Assembly: GCA_964016885.1 (NCBI GenBank)
Contig: OZ024744.1
Span: 91,264,001 to 91,328,000, forward strand
Reading direction: 5' to 3'
DNA length: 64,000 bases
Source of the DNA: Eledone cirrhosa
Taxonomy: Eukaryota
Part shown: piece after piece, positions 10,854-25,081 of the stretch
Position numbering within the stretch: the first letter of the stretch is position 1
Layout of the letters: every line of letters starts with the position of its first letter
Notes under the pieces: generated by a model
The model's input: the letters and a program-made list of their open reading frames with translations, nothing else
Database searches by the model: none
Told to the model about the DNA's origin: nothing
Position numbers and translations under genes: made by a program

Positions 10854-11400
10854 TGTTGTTGTTGTTGTTGTTGTTGTTGCAGCGGTGGTGGTTGTTGTTG
10901 TGATTGTGGTGGCGGTGACGACGGTTGTTGCTGTGGCGGTGGTGGTGGTGGTGGTGGCAACGGTGGTTGTTATTGTGAGGGTGATGGCGGCGGTGGCTGT
11001 TGGTGTTGTGGTAGCCGTGACGACGATTGTTGTTGTTGTTGTTGTTGTGGGTGGTTGTGGCGGCGGCGGCGACGGTGGTTGTTGTTTTAGTGATGGTGGT
11101 GGCGGCGGTTGTTGTTGTTGTTGTTGTTGTGACGGTGGTGGTGATGGTTGTGATGGCGGCGGCTGCAGTGGTTGTGGTGATGGTGGTAGCAGCAGCGGAA
11201 GAAGTGGTCTTGCCGGCGGCAGCGGTTGTTGTTGTTGGTGTTGGTGATAATCATTATGGTAGTGATGGCGACGGCGTTGGTGATAAAGATTATGGCAATG
11301 GTGAGGGTGGGGTGGTGGTGGTGGTGGTGGTGGTGGTACTGCTGGTGAGGACGATAAATATGATTATTGTGGCGGCGGCAGAGGTGGTGGTTATCTCAGT
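10590..11400. repeat. Compound (GGT)/(GTT)/(GTC)/(GGC) trinucleotide low-complexity tract
   Basis: Directly visible in the sequence. Confidence 0.95.
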
Positions 11401-12371
11401 TATAATCATGGTTTATTGATCAAAAGGGATATCACCATCATACCTTTTTGTTTGGTAGTTTTTTTGGGGGTTTTTTTTTCGTATCATAGGCTGTAATATA
11501 TCCTTTTTTTCTTTGTTTTTATTTCAAACGATAGTTGTGGGATTTAGAGGAGACTTGGTTGCTATTTTTAACAAGTCGATCAACCAGGTATAGAGTTTCC
11601 CGTTTGCTTGTTCATAGCGATGGTCTTGATTCCGATATAAATAGTGGAGAGTTATATTCCTTCGTTTTCACCATATACTATATTCTATTATCTTTATTAC
11701 GTGCTGTTTTGATTCTAATACAGGTAGAACGAACTACTTCAAGGGACATAACTCTAATGAGAAACGAGGAAGAGTTATATTCCTTAATTTCGGTAACATA
11801 CTCTAACGAGATAACTATTTCAAGAAATGTAACTTCAATTTGGGTAAACAAAAAAACAAAAAGTATTATTAAAAAAAAGAGTTACGCACCTTAGTTAGTG
11901 TTAGTAATATATTGCTGAATTGATTCAGTGCCTGTGTTTCACACACACACACACGCACGCACACACACACACACTCATATGAGGAAATCTTTCTCATACC
12001 AGCAACAAATGCAAATACAGCATCTTGGATTGCATAAGGGTAGCCATAGAATAAACACTTTATGTTATCACAACATATTTCCTAATGTTATTCCTTTCTC
12101 TCTTTCTCTGTCTCTTTGTGTTCAAGAACTTTTCCACCTTAAAGTATATACTTTTACCTAAATATTAGTGCTTTATATATACAGTATATGTATAAAATAC
12201 TGTGTTTCTCTAACTATATATGGCTCATTCTCTCTCTGTATATATATTTATACATATATCTTATAATTTAGAATTATTGATATTCTGGACAAGCATCCAT
12301 TGAGCTTTTCTACTGAGACACATAATCATACATTCTATATATGTTATGATACCTTAACCTAGTATATATAT

Positions 12372-13320
<949 letters not shown>

Positions 13321-13371
13321 CACATTCAGTATATCCAGTTCCCCTGCTAAATGAGGTTACATAAGAGGTTT

Positions 13372-14010
13372 GTGGAGACACATGGCTTTGCAGTAAGTGT
13401 GTTGGACTTAGGATCATAGTGTCATTGGTTTGATTCCTGGACTGGGTTGTGTGTTGTGTTCTGTTCTTGAGCAAAACACTTCATTTCACATTGCTCTAGT
13501 ATACTCAGTGGAGGTGTGTGGCCTGGTGGTAAGGTTGTTGGACTTATGATCATAATGTGGGTTTGATTACTGGGCTGGGTTGTGTGTTGTGTTCTTGAGC
13601 AAAACACTTCATTTCATGTTGCTACAGGATATTCAGTGGAGGCGTGCGATCTAGTGGTAAGGGTGTTGGACTTACGATCATAATGTCATGAGTTTGATTC
13701 CTGGTCTGGGTTGTATGTGGTGTTCTTGAGCAAAACACTTCATTTCATGTTGCTCCAGTAAACTCAGAAGGAGGTGTGTGGCCTAGTGGTAAGGGTGTTG
13801 AATGTAGGATCATAATGATCATAATGTCATTGGTTCGATTCCAGGACTGAGTTGTGTGTTGTGTTCTTGAACAAAACACTTCATTTCATGTTGCCCCAGT
13901 ACACTCAGCTGAAAATAAGTACCAGTAATAGCTGGGGGTTTAACCTTGTGATGGACTGGCATCCTGTGATAAGTACCGGACTGATGAGCCTCCTGGCTTG
14001 TGACAGACTT
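13372..14010 (+). mobile_element. SINE with four tandem tRNA-head/body units and one tail
   Basis: Units of about 130 bp start at 13372, 13508, 13636 and 13767. A-box TGGCCTAGTGG and B-box GGTTCGATTCC are intact in unit 4. The tail is AACCTTGTGATGGACTGGCATCCTG. Confidence 0.8.
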
Positions 14011-14260
14011 TAGACGTTTTTTCCAGTTGCTAGCCTGTCTTCCCATCATATTGGATCCAGTGCAGCGTGACTTTGGGGAAGCTTAAGAGTTTAATGACAT
14101 TGTTACACAGCTTACACTGATAACACCTCAACCAGTGATAACACCTCAGCCAGTGTCCCTTGTCCATCAGACCACATAGGAGAGCCCCGGGGCCAGACTC
14201 ATTAACTGTCTTCTTTTTTTCTTCTTCTTGCTCCACAACATCCTCTCTTCTCTGAATCTA

Positions 14261-14298
14261 TTTTCTGATGAAGGACTAGCATCTGAAATCACCAAGAC
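14261..14298 (+). ncRNA. Degenerate minimal hammerhead, same family as 4467-4502
   Basis: TTTT-CTGATGA-AGGACTAGCATCT-GAAAT-CACC-AAGA. Stem III and the cleavage triplet are decayed. Confidence 0.5.
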
Positions 14299-14393
14299 TA
14301 TTTTCTAAACTTCTTTTAAGAATTATTATACTAACATACTATAATTGATATGTGGTGTCCACTGGTGCTATTTTTTTTCATATTTTTGTTTTT

Positions 14394-14526
<133 letters not shown>

Positions 14527-14790
14527 ACGCACATACACAGATACACACATACATGCACGCATACATACATAAGGAAAAGAAATCGAAAGTGCAACTGCAG
14601 GTTTTTAAAAATATTTATTTACCGGTTTCACACTTCTTATACTTTTCAAAAGTAAAATAAAATTGAATGGAGGGTTTGTGTCTATGCGTATTTATGTATA
14701 TACTTATATATATATTAGGGTAAATATTGATGCAATTCAATTCAAGCACTCAACGTACTTTTTCCACATAGGAGTGACGGAGTAAATATT

Positions 14791-14958
14791 GAATAAGGAA
14801 AAGCGAAGTAGTTTCAGATGTTCAAGTCCTTTAATAATAATGCTGTGATATATATTTCAATGATGACACAGTGTGGCTAGTGTCGTCATTGAAATATATA
14901 TCACAGCATTATTATTAAAGGACTTGAACATCTGAAACTACTTCGCCTTTCCTTATTC
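14791..14958. repeat. Inverted repeat with 79-bp arms and a 10-nt spacer
   Basis: GAATAAGGAA...TGATGACAC pairs with GTGTCGTCA...TTCCTTATTC, with two mismatches seen. Confidence 0.92.
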
Positions 14959-15214
14959 TATATATATATATATATATAAATTTCGTTTCTGAATTTGTTT
15001 GGCAAGATTCTTTATCTGAAATCGTGTGTTGGCAACATGACCCTCCCAAAGTATAACAATATATATATATATATATATATATAGGTATAGATATATATAG
15101 GTATAGATATAGATATATATAGGTATAGATATAGATATATATAGATATAGGTATGTACATATATATATATAGATATATATAAATATAGATATATATAATC
15201 ATCTATACACACAC

Positions 15215-15245
<31 letters not shown>

Positions 15246-15496
15246 CATACACACACGCACATGTATATATATATATATATATATACATAGATACACACAC
15301 ACACACATATATATATAGATATATATATATACATACATAGATACACACACACATAAATATATATACATAGATACACACACACATATATATATACATAGAT
15401 ACACATGCCCCCCCCCACACACTCATATATATATATATACATCATCATCATCATCATCTTCGTTTAACGTCCATTTTCCACGCTAGCATGGGTTAG

Positions 15497-15549
<53 letters not shown>

Positions 15550-15749
15550 CATAGATACAGACACACACACATATATATATATATATTTATTAAAATAACA
15601 GATAAAAGTTTAATAACAGATAAAACTTTAATCTGTTATTTTAATCAATATTTGCTCTACTGTTCTTATATATCTGATATATATTTATCCTTATTGAGTC
15701 CTCTTTGGATTTTTATTATTACTATATACTTATATATATATATATAAGT

Positions 15750-18700
15750 ATGGCGTTATAAAAGACGGATTCTATGAGTCATTAATGCTCACTACCTCTC
15801 AAATAACCGACAGTGACTACATAATTATTGCTGGCGATCTAAATGGTCACGTTGGACAACATTGTGACGGCTATGACGGAATCCATCGAGGCTATGGGTT
15901 TGAGGAAGGCTTCAGAATCCTGGAATTCTGTGACGCAAATAACCTAACTATCTGTAACACTAACTTCAAAAAACGAGACAATCACTTGATCAGGGGAACA
16001 CGAGACAATCACTTGATCAGGGGAACACGCCAGTCAGATAGATTATATCCTTACCAGAAGACGTGATAGAGTGTCTGTTGTAAACACTAAATCCCTCCCC
16101 CATGAAGAATGCACCTCCCAACATAGACTCATAGTTAGCGACCTCATAGTCAGGACAAGACGTACTCGACAACAGAGGAGGACTATCTTCAGGAGAAAAA
16201 TATGGAAGCTAAAGGACCCCACAGCCAGAAATAAATTTAAAAGCATATTACTTGATGCTTTTGACAGTAAGGAAGAGCAATTAGAGTCGGACAATATAGA
16301 GGAACAGTGGGAATTCCTGAAAGCTAACCTGCAGAAGGCGACAGATGAAGTCTGTGGCTGGAGCAGACCTATGGGCAGGAGGAGAGTAACGTGGTGGTGG
16401 AACAGTAAGGTGGAGGAGTCAATCAATGCCAAAAAACAGGCTTGGAAAGTATGGCGGGATGGGGGAAGTAGAGAAGACTATCAAGTGGCCAGGAGGGGAG
16501 CTAGGAGACAAGTGTACTTCGCAAGAAGAGAAGCAGAGGAAAGAAAGTTCAAGCATGTTCTACAATGCGAGGACCAAAAACGTGAGGTGTTCAGGATTGC
16601 TAGGCAATGTGTCAAGGAAAACAGTGATATTGTCGGGGAGAAGTGTGTCCTTAATGATGATGGTGTACTTGCCATCACTGATACTGATAAAAAGGTAGCT
16701 TGGAAGTGTCACTACGAAAGGCTACTAAATGAGGAGAATAAATGGGAGAAAGACAGTCTCCCCCACATCGATCCAATAGAGGGACCAGCAGTGCAAGTTG
16801 AAGGTAGTATAATAAGTAAGGCAATCAAAGATATGAAGACGGGCAAGGCGGCTGCTCCTTCGGAAATAGTTGCTGAAATGCTGAAAGCATCTGGAATGGT
16901 GGGACACATTCTGGTCACCCGGATAGTAAACCAAGTAATACAGAATGGGGTTGTTCCGAAGGACTGGCGTAGCAGCATCATCATTAACTACTACAAGGGT
17001 AAAGGAGATGCTCTAGATAGGGGAAACTATAGAGGCATTAAATTAATTGACCAGGTCATGAAGGTCACAGAAAAAGTAATAGCGCAACTAATCAGAGAGC
17101 GAATTGATCTGGATGAAATGCAGTTCGGGTTTGTATCAGGTAAAAGTACCACAGACGCTCTTTTCATTGTATGACAACTACAGGAGAAGTACCTAGCTAA
17201 AAGTAAACCCCTATACTTAGCTTTTGTTGACTTGGAGAAAGCCTTTGACAGAGTCCTATGCCCCATTATCTGGTGGGCTCTCAGAAAACTAGGTGTTGAT
17301 GAATGGCTCGTGAGAGCTATACAAGCCATGTATAAAGAAACAGTCAGGAAAGTTAGAATTAACAACGAATATAGTGAAGAGTTTAGCGTAAAAGTTGGTG
17401 TTCATCAAGGCTCCGTCCTTAGCCCCCTCCTATTTATTATTGCCCTTCAGGCTATAACAGATGAGTTCAAGACCGGCTGCCCATGGGAACTCCTATACGC
17501 TGATGATCTAACGCTCATAGCTGAATCAATGGCTGAACTAGAGAAGAAATTCCAAACATGGAAGCATGGGCTAGAATCAAAAGGCCTTAAAATTAACCTG
17601 TCTAAGACTAAAGTTCTAGTATGTAGGAAGGAAAATAGGGCACTGGTCCCATCTGGGAAATGGCCATGCTCAGTGTGTAGGAAAGGAATAGGCAGAAACT
17701 CCATTTTATGTCCCAAATGCAAAGTATAGGTGCATAAAAGATGTAGTGGGATCACAGGTAAGCTAACTATGAATATAGATTTTATATGTGGCCAGTGCTC
17801 AGGTGCAATAAGTAGCAGCAAGTGCCCACAGAATACTAGCCCATTCCATTGACACGATCGTTCTATAGAAATAGTGGACATCTTCCGTTACCTGGGTGAC
17901 AAAATCAGCAGTGGGGGAGGCTGCTCTGAAAGTACAGTAGCTAGAGTCAGAACTAGATGGAAAAAGTTCAGAGAGCTTATACCACTATTGACCGCTAAAG
18001 GGTTCTCTCTAAAAATGAAAGGCAGGTTGTATGATGCCTGCATACGAACAGCAATGTTACATGGCAGTGAGACTTGGGCATTGTGTGCAGAGGATCTACG
18101 CAGACTGGAGAGGAACGAAGCTTGCATGCTCCGTTGAATGTGTAATAGTAATATACGTGAACGGCAAACATAAATGAACTAAGTGAGAAATAAGGAATAA
18201 GAGGGATTAGATGTTGTTTACTCGAGAGAAGACTACGTTGGTATGATCACGTGATGCGCATGAAAGACGACAGCTGTATAAAAAAGTGCAGGGCGATCAA
18301 AATAGACGGTAGCCACGGAGTAGGCAGACCCAGAAAAACCTGGGACGACTTGATAAATTCCGACCTCACACACTTACACCTCTCCAAGACAATGTCACTG
18401 GACCGAGATCTTTGGCGCTACGTAGTAATACAGAAGACCCACCTTGCCTAAGTGCAAAGCGAAACCTACAGTTAGTAGGCACCTTTTACCAAAATACACC
18501 CTCGTCCCACTACCTCCACCCCATCCACACCACCCCCTTTCAATGTAAAGTTATGTTGGTACCACAACATCCAGTCCTAAATAAATGAGGTCGTGTAGGT
18601 GTCACGACAAAAAAAAACACACAGTCCGAGCTGTAATGTGGCCGTGTAGGTAACAAGGTAAAAACCTCCCAGTCCACACTGTAAACGTGGTTGGTGTTAG

Positions 18701-18838
18701 GAAGGGCATCCAGCCGTAGAAAACCCGCCAGACAGTCCTATACGAGCAAGACAACCAATCTTGCCTCAAGTGGGAAAATTCCCGTCCAAACCCATGCTAG
18801 CGTAGAATATGGACGTTAAAAGATGATGATGATGATGA
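15750..18838 (+). mobile_element. 5'-truncated, inactivated RTE-clade LINE (partial APE, RT, PHD-type finger, 3'UTR, (GAT)n)
   Basis: APE: IIAGDLNGHVG, ICNTNFKK, QHRLIV. Linker: TWWWN. RT: NYRGIKL, QFGF, FVDLEKAFDRV, GVHQGSVLSPLLF, LLYADD, GLKINLSKTK, FRYLG, MLHGSETW, GRPRKTW. There are several in-frame stops and a 27-bp duplication at 15973-16026. Confidence 0.93.
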
Positions 18839-18840
18839 TA

Positions 18841-18893
<53 letters not shown>

Positions 18894-18969
18894 CGAAGGA
18901 ATTGTGGTAAGGAACCGGATTGACCATAACGCACCAGAGTACTCAATACTTAGGGTAGTAGAGTGGGTA

Positions 18970-19081
18970 ATAGGAAAATGTATGACCCCGACGGCAGAGC
19001 TCAAGCCGTTTCGACGGCTATTTCTGGTCCAGAAATAGCCGTCGAAACGGCTTGAGCTCTGCCGTCGGGGTCATACATTTT

Positions 19082-19086
<5 letters not shown>
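18970..19086. repeat. Perfect 117-bp palindrome (58-bp arms, 1-nt spacer)
   Basis: The arms were checked base by base, and the centre is at 19028. Confidence 0.95.
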
Positions 19087-19112
<26 letters not shown>

Positions 19113-19114
<2 letters not shown>

Positions 19115-19169
19115 GGCGGTGCCCCAGCATGGCCTCAGCTGGATGGCTGAAACAGGTAAAAGAGTAAAA

Positions 19170-19172
<3 letters not shown>
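19113..19172 (+). mobile_element. SINE 3' tail fragment
   Basis: GGGGCGGTGCCCCAGCATGGCC...CTGAAACAGGTAAAAGAGTAAAAGA. From memory it resembles the tail of an abundant octopus SINE; not verified. Confidence 0.5.
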
Positions 19173-19244
<72 letters not shown>

Positions 19245-19570
19245 AGTAGATGTATATGTGTGTGTATGTATTAACACTGATACTTTCAAGACAAACTGGC
19301 TTAGTAAACAAGAACTCGTACATCTGGGTCAAATTGTCTAGAAAATTACTCTAAAGAAGAAGAAAAAAAAAATGAAAGTAGAAACTGAGGAAGCCTAGAG
19401 GGAATGATGGGGTGGGGCGAGAAAGGGAAGGAGAGGAGGAAGGAAGGAAGGAAGAAGGTGGAAAAACAAATAGAGGAAAACCCAAAGAAGGGAAAACAAG
19501 GCTTGTTGTTTGTTATGAGATGGATCTTCTTGTCAGATTGGTTTTTAGTTTATGTAGGAAAACGAAGCTA

Positions 19571-20137
19571 TTTAAACCATTTCCTTACTATATTTCTAAT
19601 GAAAGACACTGTCTATGGTTTTCAAATAATTTTGAAAATAGTCGTAAATTTGGAGGGATTTAGTAATATATCTAAATATTCTCGCTATTATGTTGGTGTT
19701 TTGGACATAACCTAACTAAGGTTCTTATATAAAATTATGATGGAATGTTTTTAGATAAATATAAACACTTTAACCATTTCCTTACTATATTTCTAATGAA
19801 TGACACTGTCTATGGTTTTCAAATAATTTTGAAAATAGTCGTAAATTTGGAGGGATTTAGTAATATAACTAAATTTTCTCGCAACTAAGCTGGTTTTGGA
19901 ACATAACGAAGATTCTTACATAAAAAGTATGAGAGGTTTTAGATAAATATAAACACTTTAACCATTACATTACTATATTTCTAATGAAAGACACTGCCTA
20001 TGGTTTTCAAATAATTTGGAGTGATCTAGTAATTTCTAACTAACTTTCTTTTTAAGCTAGTATTTGGAGCATAACTTAACAAAGGTTTTTACATAAAATT
20101 ATGTTGGGAAGTTTTTAGATAAATATAAACACTTTAA
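19571..20137. repeat. ~190-197-bp AT-rich tandem repeat, 3 copies
   Basis: TTTAACCATTTCCTTACTATATTTCTAATGAAAGACACTG recurs at about 19571, 19768 and 19956. Confidence 0.85.
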
Positions 20138-20355
20138 AATTAACATTTTAGTATCATAAAGACCAGGGACAGTTTCGGGCAGAGGTTTGTTATCAGAATG
20201 GTTAAAAGCAACAGTTTGTATCGTATATTCAGGGGCGGTTTTAGGTAGTTTGATATCAAAAGGGTCAAAGAAAACTTAATAGCATGCCAGGTTACATAGA
20301 TCCCTTTATATCTTTGAAGGGCGTTACGCAACATCTATTATAAACAGGGCTTAAA

Positions 20356-20705
20356 TAATTGTTCCAATATTTGGTACAAAGTCAGCAATTCGAAGGGAAG
20401 GAAAAAGTCGATAAAAATCGATCTTAGTACGTTACTGGTACTTTATTTTATCGACCCCGTAAGGATGAAAGGCAAAGTTAACTTCGACAGGATTTGAACT
20501 GAGAACGTGATGAGCCGTAACTATGTCGCGAAGCATTGTTATCTGACTCTCTACCGATTCTGAATAATGGTTTCTTACTTAGGCACAAGCCAATAATTTG
20601 GCGGAGAGAAAAGTCAATTAAATCGACCTTAATGCATTACTGGTACTTTATTGTATCTACCCCGTAAGGATGGAAAGTAAAGCTAACCTCGGCGGGATTT
20701 GAACA
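20356..20705 (-). mobile_element. Two tandem copies of a SINE-derived ~205-bp unit
   Basis: TACTGGTACTTTATTTTATCGACCCCGTAAGGATGAAAGGCAAAG..GGATTTGAAC, which gives B-box GTTCAAATCC on the minus strand. Same family as 27740-28170 and 60812-61700. Confidence 0.8.
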
Positions 20706-21353
20706 TGTGTCATAAAGGTTAATGGCAATAAATAGACAATAGTTCTATAATATAAATATACTATAGTTTGGGACATCTGAAAATTCGAGCAAATGCTACT
20801 TTTTGCTATTAGGTTAATCCGGCACTGGTTCTAACCATGCCCGAGGGACGGTGGAAGCATTTCTGAATTGGGATAGGGGGTGGGGGTCATATTTGGTCAA
20901 TTTAGTTGTAGTGATTAGTTTAGCTGTTAGCTGTTATTATCGAATATCAATCAAGATATAAAAAAACAACAACTGCGATAGACATAACATGTACATAAAT
21001 TGTAGCGCATATACAAATATATGTGTTTTAGTAGTTTGGGGAGAAAAATATAATTGTGGGGTCAGAGGGACATCCCCCCCACCCCACTGAGTTCCACCAC
21101 CCCTTGTGACTATCTCGTCTTTGTTGTAGCTGTTTTTGTTGTGCTGGCATTTGATATGGTTGAGATTTAAGAGAATTTTGGCTACTATTTCTAGCAGGAC
21201 AACCTGCGTGGTTTTTCTAATATAGTTATCTTATGTTATGTTATGGTATCGTTTGTATTTCGTCTACTTTAAGAGTTTTAATGTCTATATTATTAATATG
21301 TTGTTTTTATTTCGTTTTGAATGCTATGTAGTATTTGTATATGTGTATGTAAT

Positions 21354-22200
21354 ATGGTGGTGGTGGTGATGGTAGTGGTGGTGATGGTGTTGATGATGGT
21401 GGTGTTGGGGGTGGTAGTGGTGGTGGTAGTGATGGAAATGGTATTGGTGGTGGCGGTAGTGTTGTTGGTGATGGTGGTGGCGATAGTGTTGTTGCTGTTG
21501 GTGATGGTGTTGGAGGTGGTTGGTGATAGTGGTGGTGGTAGTGATGGTGGTGGTCGTGATGGAAATGGTGTTGGTGGTGGCGATAGTGTTGTTGCTGTTG
21601 GTGACGGTGGTGGAGGTGGTAGTGATGGTGGTGGTCGTGATGGAAACGGTATTGGCGGTGGCGGTAGTGTTGTTGTTGGTGATGGTGGTGGCGATAGTGT
21701 TGTTGCTGTTGGTGATGGTGTTGGGGGTGGAGGTGGAGGTGGTATTGGTGTTGATGATTGTGGATGTGGTGGCGTTGGTGATGGTGGAGAAGGTGGTGGT
21801 GGTGGTGGTGGTGGTGGTGGTAGTGGTAGTGATGGTGGTGGCGATAGTGTTGTTGTTGCTGTTGGTGATGATGGTGTTGGGGGTGGAGGTGGTATTGGTG
21901 TTGATGATTGTGGTGGTGGTGGTGGTGGTGGTGGATTTGGTGATGGTATTGGTGGTGATAGTGGTGTTGTTCTTGGTGATGGTGGCGGTGTTGGTGGTGG
22001 TGGTGGTGATGATGGTGGTAGTGGTGGTGATAGCAATGGTGGTGGCAGCTGTAGCGGTGCTGTTGCTGTTGGTAATGACAGTGGTGTTGAGAGCGTTGGC
22101 GGCGGCGGTAGTGATGGTGGTGAAAGCAGTGGCGATGGTGGTGATGGTAGTGTTGAGAGTGGTGGTGGTGATAGTGACGGGGATGGTGGTGGTGGTGGTG
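21354..22200. repeat. (GGT)n-rich low-complexity tract with internal duplications
   Basis: Directly visible in the sequence. Confidence 0.93.
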
Positions 22201-22589
22201 CTTGTTGTTTGCAATAGTCTTAAATGCAGGACAGATTAGTTGGCATAGTTGTGTAGGCGTGTCTGACTTCCCTGCCCTTGTTTTGTTGTACTACTGTAGG
22301 ATTGGACACACACACACACACACACATATATACAGACACACACTCGCATACTCGAAACCCGCATTCATATGCACTCACACTCAAACACAATCGCACATAC
22401 GAAATACGCATCCAGATGCACTCACATACACAGACACACACTCTCGCATATACGAAACACCGACACACGTATACATGTTCATTCACACAGACACACATGT
22501 AATACAGATACACACATACGCATACACACACAAACATGCGTTTACATTTGCACAAACCGACGCAAACACGCTCATACACACACACACGC

Positions 22590-22707
22590 ATATGCACATA
22601 CATTCACATAAGAAGCGCAGTCACACTCGTATACACGAAACATACACACACATACGCATATGCACATACATTCACACACGAAGCGCAGTCACACTCGCAT
22701 ACACGAA

Positions 22708-22744
<37 letters not shown>

Positions 22745-23780
22745 TATGAACATACATTCACACACGAAGCGCAGTCACACTCGTATACACGAAACGTACA
22801 CACACACAAACACACACACGCATACGAACATACATTCACATACGAAGCGCAGTCACACTCGTATACACGAAACATACACACACACACCCATAGGCACATA
22901 CATTCACACACGAAGCGCAGTCACACTCGCATACACGAAACATACACACACACACACACACACACACACGCATATGAACATACATTCACACACGAAGCGC
23001 AGTCACACTCGTATACACGAAACGTACACACACACAAACACACACACGCATACGAACATACATTCACACACGAAGCGCAGTCACACTCGTATACACGAAA
23101 CGTACACACACACAAACACACACACGCATACGAACATACATTCACATACGAAGCGCAGTCACACTCGCATACACGAAACATACACACACACGCATATGAA
23201 AATACATTCACATACGAAGCGCAGTCACACTCGCATACACGAAACATAGACACACCCACCCATACACATATGCACATACATTCACATACGAAGCGCAGTC
23301 ACACTCGCATACACGAAACATACACACACACACCCACCCACACACATATGCACATACATTCACATACGAAGCGCAGTCACACTCGCATACACGAAACATA
23401 CACACACACACACACGCATATGCACATACATTCACATATGAAGCGCAGTCACACTCGCATACACGAAACATACACACACACACACCCACACGCATATGCA
23501 CATACATTCATATACGAAGCGCAGTGACACTCGCATACACGAAACATACACATACACACACACACGCATATGAACATACATTCACATACGAAGCGCAGTC
23601 ACACTCGCATACACGAAACATACACACACACACACACACATATGAACATACATTCACATACGAAGCGCAGTCACACTCGCATACACGAAACATACACACA
23701 CACACACACACATATGAACATACATTCACATACGAAGCGCAGTCACACTCGCATACACGAAACATAGACACACACGCATA
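22590..23780. repeat. Minisatellite with a conserved core and variable (CA)n linker, about 16 copies, period 66-86 bp
   Basis: Core: CATACATTCACATACGAAGCGCAGTCACACTCGCATACACGAAACATA. Confidence 0.92.
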
Positions 23781-24117
23781 GAACGCGGTAGGCCACTCAA
23801 CGTCCACACGAAAGTGGATGTAAACATTCGCGTGCGCGCGCACATATTCTTGTAGTGTTTTGGTAGCTAAGCAAGAAATTTAGACTATACGACTATGCAA
23901 ATACTTATACACATACATAATACATACACACACACACACACACATACACACACATACATATATATATGTGTATGTGTATATGATATATATATATTTTTTA
24001 ATATATATATATATATATGTGTGTGTGTATATGATATATATATATTTTTTAATATATATATATATATATATGTGTGTGTGTATATGATATAAATATATGT
24101 TTATGTACATATATATA

Positions 24118-24152
<35 letters not shown>

Positions 24153-24159
24153 GCTTGTT

Positions 24160-24216
<57 letters not shown>

Positions 24217-24309
24217 GTGTGTATATATATATATATATATGTGTGTGTATATATATATATATATATTTTTTTGTTTAATATAAGGAATTGTTTATTCATT
24301 ATTTGTTTA

Positions 24310-24352
<43 letters not shown>

Positions 24353-24450
24353 GAATGGGTGTTTAAATTACCATAGTACTTAAAATATATTCAAATGTTA
24401 AGTGAATGAGTACTCAATACGTTACACACACACACACACACACACATACA

Positions 24451-24573
<123 letters not shown>

Positions 24574-24929
24574 GGAGACCCATGGCTTAGTGGTTAGAGC
24601 ATTGGCCTTGCAATCGAAAGGTTGTGAGTTCAATTCTCAGACCAGGTGATGTGTTGTTTCCTTGAGCAAGACACTTTATTTCACATTGCTCCAGTTTACT
24701 CAGCTGTAGAAATGAGATGATAGGGACTGGGTTCCCTATCATTCCACTGCAAAGTGGTGGTGGAGGTGCCACGGCTAAAAAGCACCCAGCACTCACTATA
24801 AATGAGGTTGGTGTTAGGAAGGGCATCCAGCTGTAGAAATCAAGCCAGAATCAGTTCCCACCCACCCTTGCAAGCAGGGAAAAGCGGACGCAAAATGATG
24901 ACGATGATGATGATGATGATGATGATGAT
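24574..24929 (+). mobile_element. Full-length tRNA-derived SINE with RTE-derived tail
   Basis: A-box TGGCTTAGTGG, B-box-like GAGTTCAATTC, internal hairpin TGATAGGGA/TCCCTATCA, and tail CCCACCCTTGCAAGCAGGGAAAAGCGGACG followed by (GAT)n. Confidence 0.88.
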
Positions 24930-25081
24930 TGGTGTGTATATAGTGCATGTGATCCAGTAAATTACTGGTAGTGGTACCAAAGTAAGCACTCGATACACAG
25001 GCAGAGTGTATATATTAAGGAAAACGATGAAGTTTCGTTTACATGCAGTTAGTTTATTTTTTTTATTTTGTATCAACCTGT

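Noticed and set aside
13975-14010. CTGATGAGCC..GGCT as a hammerhead core
   Set aside because: No GAAA follows the stem, and it is part of the SINE tail.
21293-23527. Long Pro/Gly/Thr/His-rich ORFs (247-441 aa)
   Set aside because: They are open in several frames and on both strands because of (GGT)n and (CA)n composition, with no domain signal. The same applies to 2364-3052, 10456-11419 and 62127-63638.
22590-23780. CRISPR-like repeat/spacer appearance
   Set aside because: The linkers are only variable (CA)n rather than unique spacers, there are no cas genes, and the context is eukaryotic.
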